NCBI GenBank assembly: GCA_903893485.1
Contig: CAITMK010000012.1
Span: forward strand, 83,469-147,468
Direction: 5' to 3'
DNA: 64,000 nucleotides
Source of the DNA: Candidatus Magasanikiibacteriota bacterium
Lineage (GTDB): Bacteria > Patescibacteriota > Patescibacteriia > Magasanikbacterales > 2-02-FULL-50-9b
The notes under the pieces were generated by a model. That model saw only the letters and a list, made by a program, of their open reading frames with translations. It was not told the origin of the DNA and did not search any database. The translations under genes and the position numbers were made by a program. Each line of letters starts with the position of its first letter. Position 1 is the stretch's first letter. This document shows positions 45,284-57,108 of this stretch, piece by piece.

Positions 45284-45535
45284 ATGCGGCGCATGTTGGT
45301 TAGTGAGATTCGTGGTATGGCGGTGTTCACTGAAAGTGGTACCGCACTTGGTACTTGCAAAGATGTGTACATTGATATGGACACCGGGCGCGTGCTTCAA
45401 TTTGTGGTCGGCAAACGGCTGATCGATGTTGGCGAGCATTTGCTTATTGGTATCGAAGACGTGCGCGATGTGACCGACGACACAATTATTGTGCGCGACG
45501 CATTTGTTGGATTGGGTGCAGCGTTACCCGCTTAA
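45284..45535 (+). CDS. PRC-barrel-like small protein
   Basis: VSEIRGMAVFTESGTALGTCKDVYIDMDTGRVLQFVV pattern. Confidence 0.4.
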   Translation: MRRMLVSEIRGMAVFTESGTALGTCKDVYIDMDTGRVLQFVVGKRLIDVGEHLLIGIEDVRDVTDDTIIVRDAFVGLGAALPA

Positions 45536-45536
45536 T

Positions 45537-46283
45537 ATGTTTGATCAAACTCACGCCATAAAACTATTTGAGGTGAGTGGATACGGAATTCATCCGGTGC
45601 GCGCGGCGCGTTTGGGTGGCGGGGAAGTTGCAATGCCACAAGATTTTGTTTCGGCACACGCAGCGGTTGCGGCGCAACGTAAAATGCGTCGCGCATGGCG
45701 CGTGGGAAAAATATTAGCATGCATGCCATTTGTGCGCGCCGCGGCTGTTTGCAATTCGCTTGCGTTTGGCATGGTGCACGAGCAAAGTGATATTGATTTA
45801 TTTATTGTGGCAGCACCTCATCATGTGTGGGGCACGCGATTTTTTGTAACCAGTTTGCTGACTGCGTTTCGGCTGCGTCCAGGTGAGGCAACACGTGATC
45901 CGATTTGTGCAAGTTTTTTTATCGACGAATCAATTACCGACTTGTCACGATTTCAATTGGCGCGCGATCCTTATTTTTATTTTTGGGAACGAAGTTTATT
46001 GCCGCTGTTTGGCACACACAAAACATTTGAGCATGGCGGCATTTTAACGGAACCATTTTGTGTGCACACTGGTGCGGCTTCGCGTGCAACGCACACGGTT
46101 GCAGAATTTTTTGCGCAGATTATTCCAGAAAAGTTTTTTCAAAAATTACAGATCGGATTATTTCCGCATGAGGTGCGCGCTGCAGAGGCAGAAGATGGCA
46201 CGAATGTCATGTGGGGAACCGATCACATAAAATTACATACCGGCGATCGCCGCGCTGACATTGAACAAAAAATATATGTTTAG
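45537..46283 (+). CDS. hypothetical protein (possible nucleotidyltransferase-like fold)
   Basis: ATG follows the previous stop. Contains SDIDLFIV. The ORF is also open from 45489. Confidence 0.4.
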   Translation: MFDQTHAIKLFEVSGYGIHPVRAARLGGGEVAMPQDFVSAHAAVAAQRKMRRAWRVGKILACMPFVRAAAVCNSLAFGMVHEQSDIDLFIVAAPHHVWGTRFFVTSLLTAFRLRPGEATRDPICASFFIDESITDLSRFQLARDPYFYFWERSLLPLFGTHKTFEHGGILTEPFCVHTGAASRATHTVAEFFAQIIPEKFFQKLQIGLFPHEVRAAEAEDGTNVMWGTDHIKLHTGDRRADIEQKIYV

Positions 46284-47481
46284 TAGAATCATGGTTGCAA
46301 TTATTGCTTTTATTTTGCCGTGGCAAACGCGTTGGCTGCTGCAAACACCAACAATCGGCACATCACGTTTTGAGTTTGGCGTTGTTGGGATTTACGTTTC
46401 AGCTGTAGCGGTATTGATTTGGCTTTGCCAAGAAATATGGATGGCGCGCAAAGAAATTTTTGCGTGGACTCATGCACTTACGCAAGAAAAAAAATATGCG
46501 TTGGGCGCACTCGGAATATTTTTGGCAGCGCAAATTATTTTTTCGCACGCACGACTTCTTACCATACAATTTTTATTACAAGTTTTTTTGCTTATCGGAT
46601 TTGCACTCGTCATTTATTTTCGCCCAACGTTAAAGCGAGCTGCTGCAGCTGGATTTTTATTGGCAGCGGTATTGCAAGCGTTACTTGGTGCGGTGCAGGT
46701 GCCAACCGATGTGACCTTTGCAAATAAGATCATGGGAATTCCACTGCGTCAGGCTTCAACGCCAGGTGTTGCAGTTGTTGTGGCGAATGGTATTCGACAT
46801 CTACGCGCATATGGTGGCCAGCCACATCCAAATGTGTTTGGTATGTTTATGCTTTGCGCGCTGCTCGCATATTTTTGGACACTGCGCACCGCGGCGTCAA
46901 CACAACCGGTGTGGCAGCTCGCAATTTTACTTTGTAGCGGACTATTATTATCTTTTTCACGAACCGCGTGGGCCGGGTTTATAATTTTTGTGGCACTTGC
47001 CTGGTATGCGCGCGCAAAACTTTCTGATCGTCAAAAACAATTATTGCTTACGAGCGCATTCACGATGGCCGCACTCGGTATTATATTTTTTCCATTTATC
47101 ACCGGACGGCTTACAGCAAACGGTGCACTCGAAGATAAATCACTTTCCGAACGTGCAACGGGAATTGCTGAGTGGAAAACGGTTACGCGCAATAATTGGA
47201 TTGTTGGAACAGGAGTTGGTGCCTACACAACAGCACTTACTGACGTTGAAGGATATAATCGCGTTCCAGTGCATGACGTGCCGCTGTTAGTTTTTGCAGA
47301 ATTTGGCGTTATTGGTATGGCGTTATTTGGATTTTTTGCATGGAAATTTTGGCCAAAAAAAGTTTCGCTTTTTGTTTTAATTTTATTACCGGCTGCGCTG
47401 TTTGATCACTATCTGTATTCACTCTGGGCAGGGCAGGTATTGGTGATTTTTACGCTACTTTTTACTCTTGACGTTACCTAA
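46261..47481 (+). CDS. O-antigen ligase-like (Wzy_C) polytopic membrane protein
   Basis: About 10 TM helices. LLLSFSRTAWAGFIIFVALAW resembles the Wzy_C motif. Confidence 0.55.
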   Translation: MNKKYMFSRIMVAIIAFILPWQTRWLLQTPTIGTSRFEFGVVGIYVSAVAVLIWLCQEIWMARKEIFAWTHALTQEKKYALGALGIFLAAQIIFSHARLLTIQFLLQVFLLIGFALVIYFRPTLKRAAAAGFLLAAVLQALLGAVQVPTDVTFANKIMGIPLRQASTPGVAVVVANGIRHLRAYGGQPHPNVFGMFMLCALLAYFWTLRTAASTQPVWQLAILLCSGLLLSFSRTAWAGFIIFVALAWYARAKLSDRQKQLLLTSAFTMAALGIIFFPFITGRLTANGALEDKSLSERATGIAEWKTVTRNNWIVGTGVGAYTTALTDVEGYNRVPVHDVPLLVFAEFGVIGMALFGFFAWKFWPKKVSLFVLILLPAALFDHYLYSLWAGQVLVIFTLLFTLDVT

Positions 47482-47496
47482 AAGTCGCGGTATCAT
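47468..47496 (+). promoter_or_regulatory. sigma70-type promoter (TTGACG-17-TATCAT) for groESL
   Basis: ttgacg at 47468-47473, 17-nt spacer, tatcat at 47491-47496. Confidence 0.5.
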
Positions 47497-47508
47497 CAGT
47501 GCAAAGGT

Positions 47509-47535
47509 TTAGCACTCTGGGCTCTGGACTGCTAA
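47509..47535. promoter_or_regulatory. CIRCE (HrcA operator) inverted repeat
   Basis: TTAGCACTC-N9-GACTGCTAA against the consensus TTAGCACTC-N9-GAGTGCTAA (1 mismatch). Lies between the promoter and groES. Confidence 0.7.
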
Positions 47536-47556
47536 ATCGCAACTAAACAATTTTTT

Positions 47557-49486
<1,930 letters not shown>

Positions 49487-49630
49487 CAAATTTCGATCAA
49501 AAAAAGTCGCCTGCCCGGGCGGCTTTTTACATTGACAGAAAACGGTTTTAGGTGTAAAAAGGCTTTATCGCTTTGTCCCATTTGGGAAACTTCATGGGCG
49601 CGCGAGGCCCGAATCACCTTTGGAGGAAGA

Positions 49631-51199
49631 ATGAAAAAAGGAATCGCCTTGGTCTTGGCATTGGCCATGACCGGTTGTTTGGGGGAGTATCCCTCGGACG
49701 TCTCAGTGGTTGCGGCAGCAGCTGCGCAGCAAGATGCCGATGTGGCAGCGCTGGCAGAAACTGGCGGCAGCGATGTTTCGTTGGTGGAAAGCACTGATGT
49801 TGCAGATGCTGCCGATGGTGGTGACGCCGATGCGGCTGATATCATCGACAGTGTTGATAGCACTGACACGGCGGATGCGCCTGATACTGCTGATGCGGTT
49901 GAGGACGTTGAAGTCGCTGACAGCGCGGACGAAAGTGACGGTGGTTTTACCGACGCTACTGACGCTACTGAAGTTACCGATGTTGCTGACGCGGCTGACG
50001 TATTCGACGCCGTCGACAGTTTCGATACCAATGACGTCGTGGATAGTGTAGATGGTACGGATGGCACGGATGCAATCGAGTTGACGGATGCGGTTGATAT
50101 CACTGAAGACGCGGATAGCTTTGAAATCGGCGAAGACCTTGTCGACGCCGACGACAGTGCTGATGCGCAAGATGTGCTCGACGCTGAAGATTCGATTGAT
50201 GTTGAGGACGCAGTCGATGTGTCAGACGAGAGTTTGGCGGACAGCGACATCATCTTGATCGACGACACCGCGGTCGACGCTGAAGACATCGCTGACAGCG
50301 CAACTGACTCCATCTCACTCGAGGTGGCGGACACTGAAACGGCGGATGAAGCGGAGGTGGCGGATGTCGACGACTCTCTCGACACGGCCGCCGTGGACGC
50401 CGCCACCGACACAACAGACACCGTTGATGCTGCTGACGCCGCGGCCGACGTGCCAATCACGCCGAACTGCGACGATGGCAATGTCTGCACGAATGACCTG
50501 TACTTCGGCGGCCAGTGTTTTCACAACAGTGTCGCCGATGGGCAATCGTGCTCCACGGGAAATCTGTGTAGCGTTGCTGACAGTTGCCAAAGCGGCGCGT
50601 GCACTTCCGCGGGTCAAAAGACCTGCGACGACGCAAATGCTTGTACCGCGGACAGCTGTGACTCCGCTACGGGTATTTGCTCGCACAAGCCGATCATCTG
50701 GTATGCCGAAGACTTTGAACTGGTCAACGGCGCGCCGAAGGTGCTTGGGTCCGAATGGTTGCTTGGCCAGTACTGGTCCGACGATACGCTCGCCGGCTCA
50801 ATTAGCGGCACCGCGTCGCTGAACACGTACATGCCGGGGAACAAGATCGGCATGGTCACTGCGGAGCTCACGTTTCCATGGACACTGACGGAAGGAGCAG
50901 TGCTTACGTTTTCGTGGCAACGGCCAGGTGGCGTAACGTACCAAGCTGACTACGGCGTGTGCGATGTGAATGACAGTTGCGGCAGTTGCAATCAGGGTTT
51001 TCAGACTTGCGGCGGCTCGTATCCCTCAGGCGCACTGTTTTCGGGCAGTTCAGTCGTGAAAAAGGTTTCGTTCACGGTGCCAATCGCGGCAACAAAGCTG
51101 CGTTTCCGTTACCAGACAACCGGTACCGGGGATGGCGCCGCGTACGGTTCCATGTTCGTCGACGACATCAAGGTGTACCCACCCGGATGTGCGCCGTAA
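49631..51199 (+). CDS. acidic lipoprotein with D-rich low-complexity linker and Myxococcus-type cysteine-rich repeats
   Basis: Start at MKKGIALVLALAMTGC (lipobox) with GGAGGAAGA RBS. About 250 aa of D/A/V/T low complexity. CDDGNVCTNDLY...CDDANACTADSCD Cys-rich repeats. About 62% GC. The minus ORF 49483..50490 is a low-complexity antisense artefact. Confidence 0.6.
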   Translation: MKKGIALVLALAMTGCLGEYPSDVSVVAAAAAQQDADVAALAETGGSDVSLVESTDVADAADGGDADAADIIDSVDSTDTADAPDTADAVEDVEVADSADESDGGFTDATDATEVTDVADAADVFDAVDSFDTNDVVDSVDGTDGTDAIELTDAVDITEDADSFEIGEDLVDADDSADAQDVLDAEDSIDVEDAVDVSDESLADSDIILIDDTAVDAEDIADSATDSISLEVADTETADEAEVADVDDSLDTAAVDAATDTTDTVDAADAAADVPITPNCDDGNVCTNDLYFGGQCFHNSVADGQSCSTGNLCSVADSCQSGACTSAGQKTCDDANACTADSCDSATGICSHKPIIWYAEDFELVNGAPKVLGSEWLLGQYWSDDTLAGSISGTASLNTYMPGNKIGMVTAELTFPWTLTEGAVLTFSWQRPGGVTYQADYGVCDVNDSCGSCNQGFQTCGGSYPSGALFSGSSVVKKVSFTVPIAATKLRFRYQTTGTGDGAAYGSMFVDDIKVYPPGCAP

Positions 51200-51213
51200 G
51201 GTGAAGAAGGGGT

Positions 51214-51258
51214 GACCCGTTCCCGCGCTTGGTTTTACCAGGTCGCGGGGATTTTTTT
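51214..51258 (+). terminator. rho-independent terminator
   Basis: cccgcg / cgcggg stem followed by gatttttttatt. Confidence 0.5.
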
Positions 51259-53116
51259 ATTCAAAAACAAAAATGGTTGCGCCATCGAGCGGAACGACTT
51301 CGCGGGGATTTGCTGCTAATAATTCGCCAAGCAAATCCTCTTTACGATACCAATAATTTGGCACCACCACATAGAGCGATGTAATTTTTTGTGCAAACAC
51401 ATTTCCAAAATCAGAAAGTAAAAAATGATCATAAAAAATTGCATCGGTGTAGGTGTGCAGTTCGCTCGATGGCCCTTCGGCATACGGAAAAATAATCCGA
51501 CCGTTTTTAAGTTTCACGGAATAATCAAAACCTAAGATGTTGCGCGCTGCACCCGCAGTAATTTGTGGCGCCAAAACAATATAGGGCGTTGTGCCCGCAC
51601 GCATTGTAATGTATTTTACTGCAGAAATATCATCAGCACTCACATTGTATCCAGGATTGGTAACGCCGGTATTTCCAGGATATGTGAAGAACCACGAAAC
51701 AGTTATTGCTATGGCTACAAAAAATAAAATAAATATTTTTTTAGCGCCGTGCGTTAAATTTATTTTTGCATCACCCCAAAAAATAATTGCGGGCAAAATA
51801 AAAAGTGGCAGCGCCGAACGCATACGAAATGCAAATTCATTTTGTTCGTACCACGCAATATCTGGCAGTACCGCAAAGTATGCAATTAAAATAACGCTCG
51901 TGATAAGTGCGCTGATAATTAAAATATTTTTTTTACGCGCGCCGGCAATGAGCGCTGCAAACGGAAGTAAATAAATATATCCAAATGCAAGCTGTGTTAA
52001 TAATCGAGTACGACTGACATCGTACACAAAACCAAAAACAGCGCTAACATTTTGCATGCCAGGCAGATTGGCGGGAATAATTGGTAAGCCATGCAAAATA
52101 CGAAACACTGAAAAAAGAGCGATTGGGGCGATCGCAATTCCAGCCCATCCGATTACAGAAATACTTTTACGGTTGGCATGCAATATAATTGTGGCAATGC
52201 AAAGTGGTACACCTAAAAGTGGATGCACCACTGCAGCACTAATCGCAATTGCATATAATAAAATAAAGCGTTCACGTAGCGCAGGTAGTGTGGCGATGCA
52301 CGCCCACCACACCACAAACAGGGCGGTTAAATTATGTGGTACGGACAACGTAAATTCTCGAATCGGAATAATGCTTGCCAGAATTATTCCTGCACGTGCG
52401 CGCGCTGGGGTGAGTCCCCGCGCAATCAGCGCGGTATATAAAAGCGGCGGCACGGATAGTATCGCGAGTAGTGGAACAAACCACTGATTCAATAACTCAG
52501 TAGGAATAAAAAATACCTGACGCAGCCATACGATGGGTCCGTAGAATCCATTATAAAATGGTTGGAGTGGTGTAATTTTTCCATGCAGCACACTATAATT
52601 TTCTGCAGCTGCATGTATGAGCGGATCAAAACCGTAACCAAATTTAAAAACCAAAAGTGCAACACCGTACGAAATGAAAAAATGAAAAAAAATGGTGACC
52701 CACGAAAAAAAATCACTACGTTTTGGAAAATCTGCAAGCAGTAAAAAAGTCTCTAAAAAATAAATTCCAAATGTCCACCAGGGAACTTGTGTCCAGGGCG
52801 ATTGCAACGCGCTATTAGTGCGCCCTAAAAATAAAATTATCACTAACAAAATTTGCAGTGCAAAAATTAAAATAATTGGCGCAGAAATTTTTGGCGTTAC
52901 GAAACTTATTTTATCACTGCAGAGCCAGCTGCGCATTTTCCAAAGCGCGACTAAAAAAACAACGCCCAGCGCACATGCAGCTGGGCGAGTCATGCCAATC
53001 GTAACGTATACCAAGGTGGTGGTAAGAAGAAAAAAACACCAAGCGGCAATGGCGCGCTCAACGAGCAGGAGGGTAGAGCGTGTCACAATATAATGCAGCG
53101 TCTCGTGCGGTACCAT
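51257..53116 (-). CDS. large polytopic membrane protein, hypothetical (possibly GT-C-type glycosyltransferase)
   Basis: About 14 hydrophobic segments in the N-terminal 450 aa, followed by a soluble C-terminal domain. Start uncertain. Confidence 0.5.
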   Translation of the reverse strand: MVPHETLHYIVTRSTLLLVERAIAAWCFFLLTTTLVYVTIGMTRPAACALGVVFLVALWKMRSWLCSDKISFVTPKISAPIILIFALQILLVIILFLGRTNSALQSPWTQVPWWTFGIYFLETFLLLADFPKRSDFFSWVTIFFHFFISYGVALLVFKFGYGFDPLIHAAAENYSVLHGKITPLQPFYNGFYGPIVWLRQVFFIPTELLNQWFVPLLAILSVPPLLYTALIARGLTPARARAGIILASIIPIREFTLSVPHNLTALFVVWWACIATLPALRERFILLYAIAISAAVVHPLLGVPLCIATIILHANRKSISVIGWAGIAIAPIALFSVFRILHGLPIIPANLPGMQNVSAVFGFVYDVSRTRLLTQLAFGYIYLLPFAALIAGARKKNILIISALITSVILIAYFAVLPDIAWYEQNEFAFRMRSALPLFILPAIIFWGDAKINLTHGAKKIFILFFVAIAITVSWFFTYPGNTGVTNPGYNVSADDISAVKYITMRAGTTPYIVLAPQITAGAARNILGFDYSVKLKNGRIIFPYAEGPSSELHTYTDAIFYDHFLLSDFGNVFAQKITSLYVVVPNYWYRKEDLLGELLAANPREVVPLDGATIFVFE

Positions 53117-53798
53117 TGATTGCAGAAAGTGGTACGCCCGCAGGGACTAAATAGCCATCAATTGACCGGCATGGCAAACCACGTTTTTGAAACAATCCGC
53201 ATTCTTTTTTGTAGGTGCGAAGTGCGCTACACGTTTTTGTGTTGACCGCAGTATTCCAAACAGCAGGTTTAAATTTCTTTTCGCACGCAGAAAATTTTGG
53301 CACGTCCGCGGGTAAGGTTGGGACATGATCTAATCGTTGGCGAAGCAGCCGATCGCAAGTAGTATTGAGTGCTGACCAATCTGGCTTATAACCAGAAGGG
53401 CAGGACTGGCCAAGTTTCACAAAAGATTCGTATTGCGTAATACCCGGGTCGGTTGGGCCACTGCCACCATCACCAAAGTAGCCGGCAAGATATCCGGGTG
53501 TTCCATAGCCGGGAGTTGGATAAATATATCCTGGAGTTGACGGTACATAGCCCGGCGTGTAACCTGCCTTTTGACTGGTAGAAGTAGCTGGCCAAGGCTT
53601 AAATGGGTTTTCTGGCTGAGGTTTTGGAGGCGCAAGCGGTGGAATAGTGGTGCAATACCATGGTACAACCACGGGTGCTGGTTTTCGCGCAACATTCGTG
53701 CGGGTTACTTCTTTTGCAAGGGAATACGTGATCGCGCTGGTGCCCGCGGCGAAGAGGACAACCGTAAAAATAAAAATTTGCGCACCAGAATTTTTCAT
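53058..53798 (-). CDS. membrane-anchored Pro/Gly/Tyr-rich hypothetical protein
   Basis: N-terminal TM. PGY repeats GYTPGYVPSTPGYIYPTPGYGTPGYLAGY. Cys-containing C-terminal domain. Confidence 0.45.
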   Translation of the reverse strand: MKNSGAQIFIFTVVLFAAGTSAITYSLAKEVTRTNVARKPAPVVVPWYCTTIPPLAPPKPQPENPFKPWPATSTSQKAGYTPGYVPSTPGYIYPTPGYGTPGYLAGYFGDGGSGPTDPGITQYESFVKLGQSCPSGYKPDWSALNTTCDRLLRQRLDHVPTLPADVPKFSACEKKFKPAVWNTAVNTKTCSALRTYKKECGLFQKRGLPCRSIDGYLVPAGVPLSAINGTARDAALYCDTLYPPAR

Positions 53799-53829
53799 AC
53801 AAGTTTGTTTATGCGCTGTAGTATATCAT

Positions 53830-54468
53830 ATGAAATTATCAAAAGGTAATCGCGCCAAAATAATTTGTGCAGAATTAGCACGGCTATTCCCCGAAGCGGG
53901 GATGATGCTTCGTTTTAGCAATCATTGGGAATTGGTGGTAGCGGTTTCGTTGTCCGCGCAGTGTACGGATAAAAAAGTAAATGAGGTGACGGAAAAACTT
54001 TTTAAAAAATATCCAAAACTAGATGATTATATCGCTGCTGATCCGCGCGAGTTTGAGCGTGACATTTTCCAAACCGGTTTTTACAAAGCAAAAACAAAAA
54101 ATACATTGGCAGCGGCGCGCATGCTAAAAGAAAAATTTGGTGGCGTGGTGCCGCACACTATGGAAGAGTTGCAATTGTTACCCGGCGTTGGTCGCAAAAC
54201 CGCGAACGTGGTAATGGGGAATGCGTTTGGTATTGCAGAGGGAATTGCGGTGGACACGCATGTTAAACGATTAGCACGTAAATTTGGTTTGACCGCGCAC
54301 ACGGACCCGGCAAAAATTGAAAAAGATTTGATGAAACTGATTCCACAAAAAGATTGGTTCGTCACAACCTATCGATTTATAGAATACGGCCGAGCATTTT
54401 GTGTTGCTCGGCCGCATAATCACGAAGCGTGTCCAATTTCGGTGCTGCTTAAAAATTATCCGTTGTAA
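53830..54468 (+). CDS. nth: endonuclease III (HhH-GPD base-excision DNA glycosylase)
   Basis: LVAVSLSAQCTDKKVNEVT...LPGVGRKTANVVMGNAFG...AVDTHVKRLARKFGL. Confidence 0.8.
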   Translation: MKLSKGNRAKIICAELARLFPEAGMMLRFSNHWELVVAVSLSAQCTDKKVNEVTEKLFKKYPKLDDYIAADPREFERDIFQTGFYKAKTKNTLAAARMLKEKFGGVVPHTMEELQLLPGVGRKTANVVMGNAFGIAEGIAVDTHVKRLARKFGLTAHTDPAKIEKDLMKLIPQKDWFVTTYRFIEYGRAFCVARPHNHEACPISVLLKNYPL

Positions 54469-54743
54469 CCAGCCGTCGTGCCCCAAGCGTCTGTTGCGGG
54501 CTGTGCAATTTTTTTAACCACAACCGGCTTTTTTGGAGTAACCTTAACAGGCGTCTTTGTAACCACTTTCTTTGCGGGTGGTTTTACAACTGGTTTTTTA
54601 GCCACCGGCTTTTTGGCAACAGGGGCCTTTTGAGCCGTCTTTGGCTTTGGAGCTGGTTTTTTTACGGCAGCAAACGCAGGAGTGCCCAAAAGTAAACTTG
54701 CTGCAGTTACGATTGCGGTGGTAAGAGTCACGATTTTTTTCAT
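54456..54743 (-). CDS. small secreted Lys/Pro-rich repeat protein
   Basis: Signal peptide. KKPAPKPK / KKPV repeats. Confidence 0.45.
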   Translation of the reverse strand: MKKIVTLTTAIVTAASLLLGTPAFAAVKKPAPKPKTAQKAPVAKKPVAKKPVVKPPAKKVVTKTPVKVTPKKPVVVKKIAQPATDAWGTTAGYNG

Positions 54744-54763
54744 AGGAAAAAATTATATCATAA

Positions 54764-55900
54764 TTGACTTGGCTCCGTAAAATAGGTACCGTTACTTATA
54801 TGCAACATATAACAATAAACAAATCAGCAATTGTTTTCGGGGGGATTTTGGGCTTACTAATTGGTTTTGCGGAATATGCAATTGATACACGTTTTACAAA
54901 TCCCACTCATCCGGAGTATACGGGCGTAATTATGGTTGGTCTGTTTGCGCTCTCTGCGATGTATTTTGTGCTGTATGCATCGCATGCAAAACGTGTGACA
55001 TGGCAACTCGTTGCGGCTTCGATTGGGATCATTGCATTTTCTGCGCTTGTGCGATTGCCATTTCATGAGCAGAGTTTTGGACCATTTAGTTTAGTCGCCT
55101 CGGTTCCACTTTTTTTAGGTATGATTGGTTGGGCTCTCACCAGTTTGAAGCAGGATGAAACACCAGTAAGTGCAGGATTTTTTGTGTATGTTCAAAAAGT
55201 TTTAGAGATGGCTGTTGTTGATGCGGTTGCATTGGTTGTGATAGTACTTCTTGGATTTTTGGCTTACAATTTATTTCAAACAATCGGTGTGGAAATTCCA
55301 AGTTCAGTGACCGCTATTATTATTCGGCCGATTTTTGTAATGATTCCATTTGTGACGCTCGCAATGACATATGATTTTACAAAATCGCTTGTCGCGCAAT
55401 CGCCAACGCTTGGAATTATTAAATTTTTCAGTGCGATTGGGTATGGACTTACGTTTGTGCTAACACCTTTTTTGCTTATTTATCTTGCGGTTTTGCCATT
55501 TGGTTTTCGCACGTTGTTAGCTACACAACACACCTCGCTGCTTTTTTTAATTCTTACCGCAGTGTGTGCGATATTTTTATACGCAACACTTTTATGGAAT
55601 GCGGCCAATCGTGCGGGCGGATTAGTAAAAAAAATGCTTACGGCTGTTTCAGTTGAAGCGGTTGTTATGTCAGCAATTGCACTGTATGCAATTGGTGTAC
55701 GCATTGCAAGATTTGGTATTACGATGGATCGGTACGTTGTGGCTATGGCGTGCGTGATTGTCGGCGCGACATTTGCTTGGTTTATTCCGGCGATTTTGAA
55801 AGAAAATGGAGTGGAAGATATAAAAGCGTCCATCGAAAAGATTGCGTTTATCGGACTTGCTGCATTGGCGCTAGTCGTTTGTACGACACTTTTTTTCTAA
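54764..55900 (+). CDS. polytopic membrane protein, hypothetical
   Basis: About 10 TM helices, no motif recognised. Confidence 0.5.
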   Translation: MTWLRKIGTVTYMQHITINKSAIVFGGILGLLIGFAEYAIDTRFTNPTHPEYTGVIMVGLFALSAMYFVLYASHAKRVTWQLVAASIGIIAFSALVRLPFHEQSFGPFSLVASVPLFLGMIGWALTSLKQDETPVSAGFFVYVQKVLEMAVVDAVALVVIVLLGFLAYNLFQTIGVEIPSSVTAIIIRPIFVMIPFVTLAMTYDFTKSLVAQSPTLGIIKFFSAIGYGLTFVLTPFLLIYLAVLPFGFRTLLATQHTSLLFLILTAVCAIFLYATLLWNAANRAGGLVKKMLTAVSVEAVVMSAIALYAIGVRIARFGITMDRYVVAMACVIVGATFAWFIPAILKENGVEDIKASIEKIAFIGLAALALVVCTTLFF

Positions 55901-55962
55901 GTCGCACTTTATTTTTTAGTATTGATTTTTTTGACCGTTTTTGTTAGTATTGACGTACTTTT

Positions 55963-57108
55963 ATGCTCGAATCAGAAAAACAGCTGCACGAACTTAACAC
56001 CCAAATCAAAGAAGCCCGTGCTCTCCTCGACCACCCACGCAAAGCGGTGGAAGTTAAGGCGCTTGAAATTGAAATGGGTGATGCAGATTTTTGGAAAAAT
56101 CCAGAAAACGCGGCGAAAGTTTCCAAGAAACGCGAAGAATTAGTGCGCGAGCTTGAGCTGTGGACTAAAATTCAAACAGAAGTTGAGCAGCTGATCGCGC
56201 TCGCAGAAATGCCAGAGGCTGAACATGATCTGGATCTGCGCGCAGAAATCGAAACGCGCGCCAACGAGCTCGCCGAAGAATACAAAAAACTCGAATTTTA
56301 TTTATTGTTTTCCGAGCAGTACGACGAAAACTCAATCATCATGGCGATTCACGCAGGTACCGGTGGCACCGAAGCGATGGATTGGGCTGCAATGCTCCAA
56401 CGTATGTATTTGCGCTACTTCGAAAAAAAGGGTTGGCGCGTAAATATTGTTGACTATTCACCAGGCATGGAAGCAGGTCTTAAGTCCGTGGTTATGGAAG
56501 TCAACGGCCGCTTTGCGTATGGCAACATGAAGGGTGAGCATGGTACGCACCGCTTGGTTCGCATGTCTCCGTTTAATGCAGATGGCCTTCGCCAAACGTC
56601 ATTTGCACTCGTGGAAATCATGCCGCAAATCGAACAAGATTCTGATTTAGTGATCGATCCAAAAGACGTGCGCATCGATACCATGACAGCAGGCGGCAAC
56701 GGCGGACAATCTGTGAACACTACCTACAGTGCAATTCGTTTGGTGCACATTCCAACTGGCATTATTATTTCCGTGCAGAACGAACGATCACAATTGCAAA
56801 ACAAAGAAACCGCATTTAAAATTTTGAAAGCACGTTTGCTGGCGTTGCAACTGCAAGCGCAAAAAAAAGAACGCGAAGAGCTCCGCGGCGAACACAAATC
56901 CGCTGAGTGGGGAAATCAAATTCGCTCGTATGTTTTGGCGCCATATCGCATGGTGAAAGATTTGCGTACGCGCCACGAAACGTCGGATACCGACGGGGTG
57001 CTCGATGGCGATCTGGATCCATTTGTAGAAAGTTATTTGCGTTGGATGAAAGTAAAGGGCAATGAGGCGCGCGCGGCAAGCGATGAGCCAGATTATGAAG
57101 ACGTTTAA
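55963..57108 (+). CDS. prfB: peptide chain release factor 2
   Basis: SPF tripeptide (RMSPFNA) and GGQ motif (GGQSVNTTYSAIR). No internal frameshift site seen. Confidence 0.85.
   Translation: MLESEKQLHELNTQIKEARALLDHPRKAVEVKALEIEMGDADFWKNPENAAKVSKKREELVRELELWTKIQTEVEQLIALAEMPEAEHDLDLRAEIETRANELAEEYKKLEFYLLFSEQYDENSIIMAIHAGTGGTEAMDWAAMLQRMYLRYFEKKGWRVNIVDYSPGMEAGLKSVVMEVNGRFAYGNMKGEHGTHRLVRMSPFNADGLRQTSFALVEIMPQIEQDSDLVIDPKDVRIDTMTAGGNGGQSVNTTYSAIRLVHIPTGIIISVQNERSQLQNKETAFKILKARLLALQLQAQKKEREELRGEHKSAEWGNQIRSYVLAPYRMVKDLRTRHETSDTDGVLDGDLDPFVESYLRWMKVKGNEARAASDEPDYEDV

Noticed and set aside
55963-57108. Looked for the programmed +1 frameshift site (CUU UGA C) common in prfB
   Set aside because: The ORF is uninterrupted from its ATG, so no autoregulatory frameshift appears to be used here. 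Noted but not unusual enough to report as a finding.
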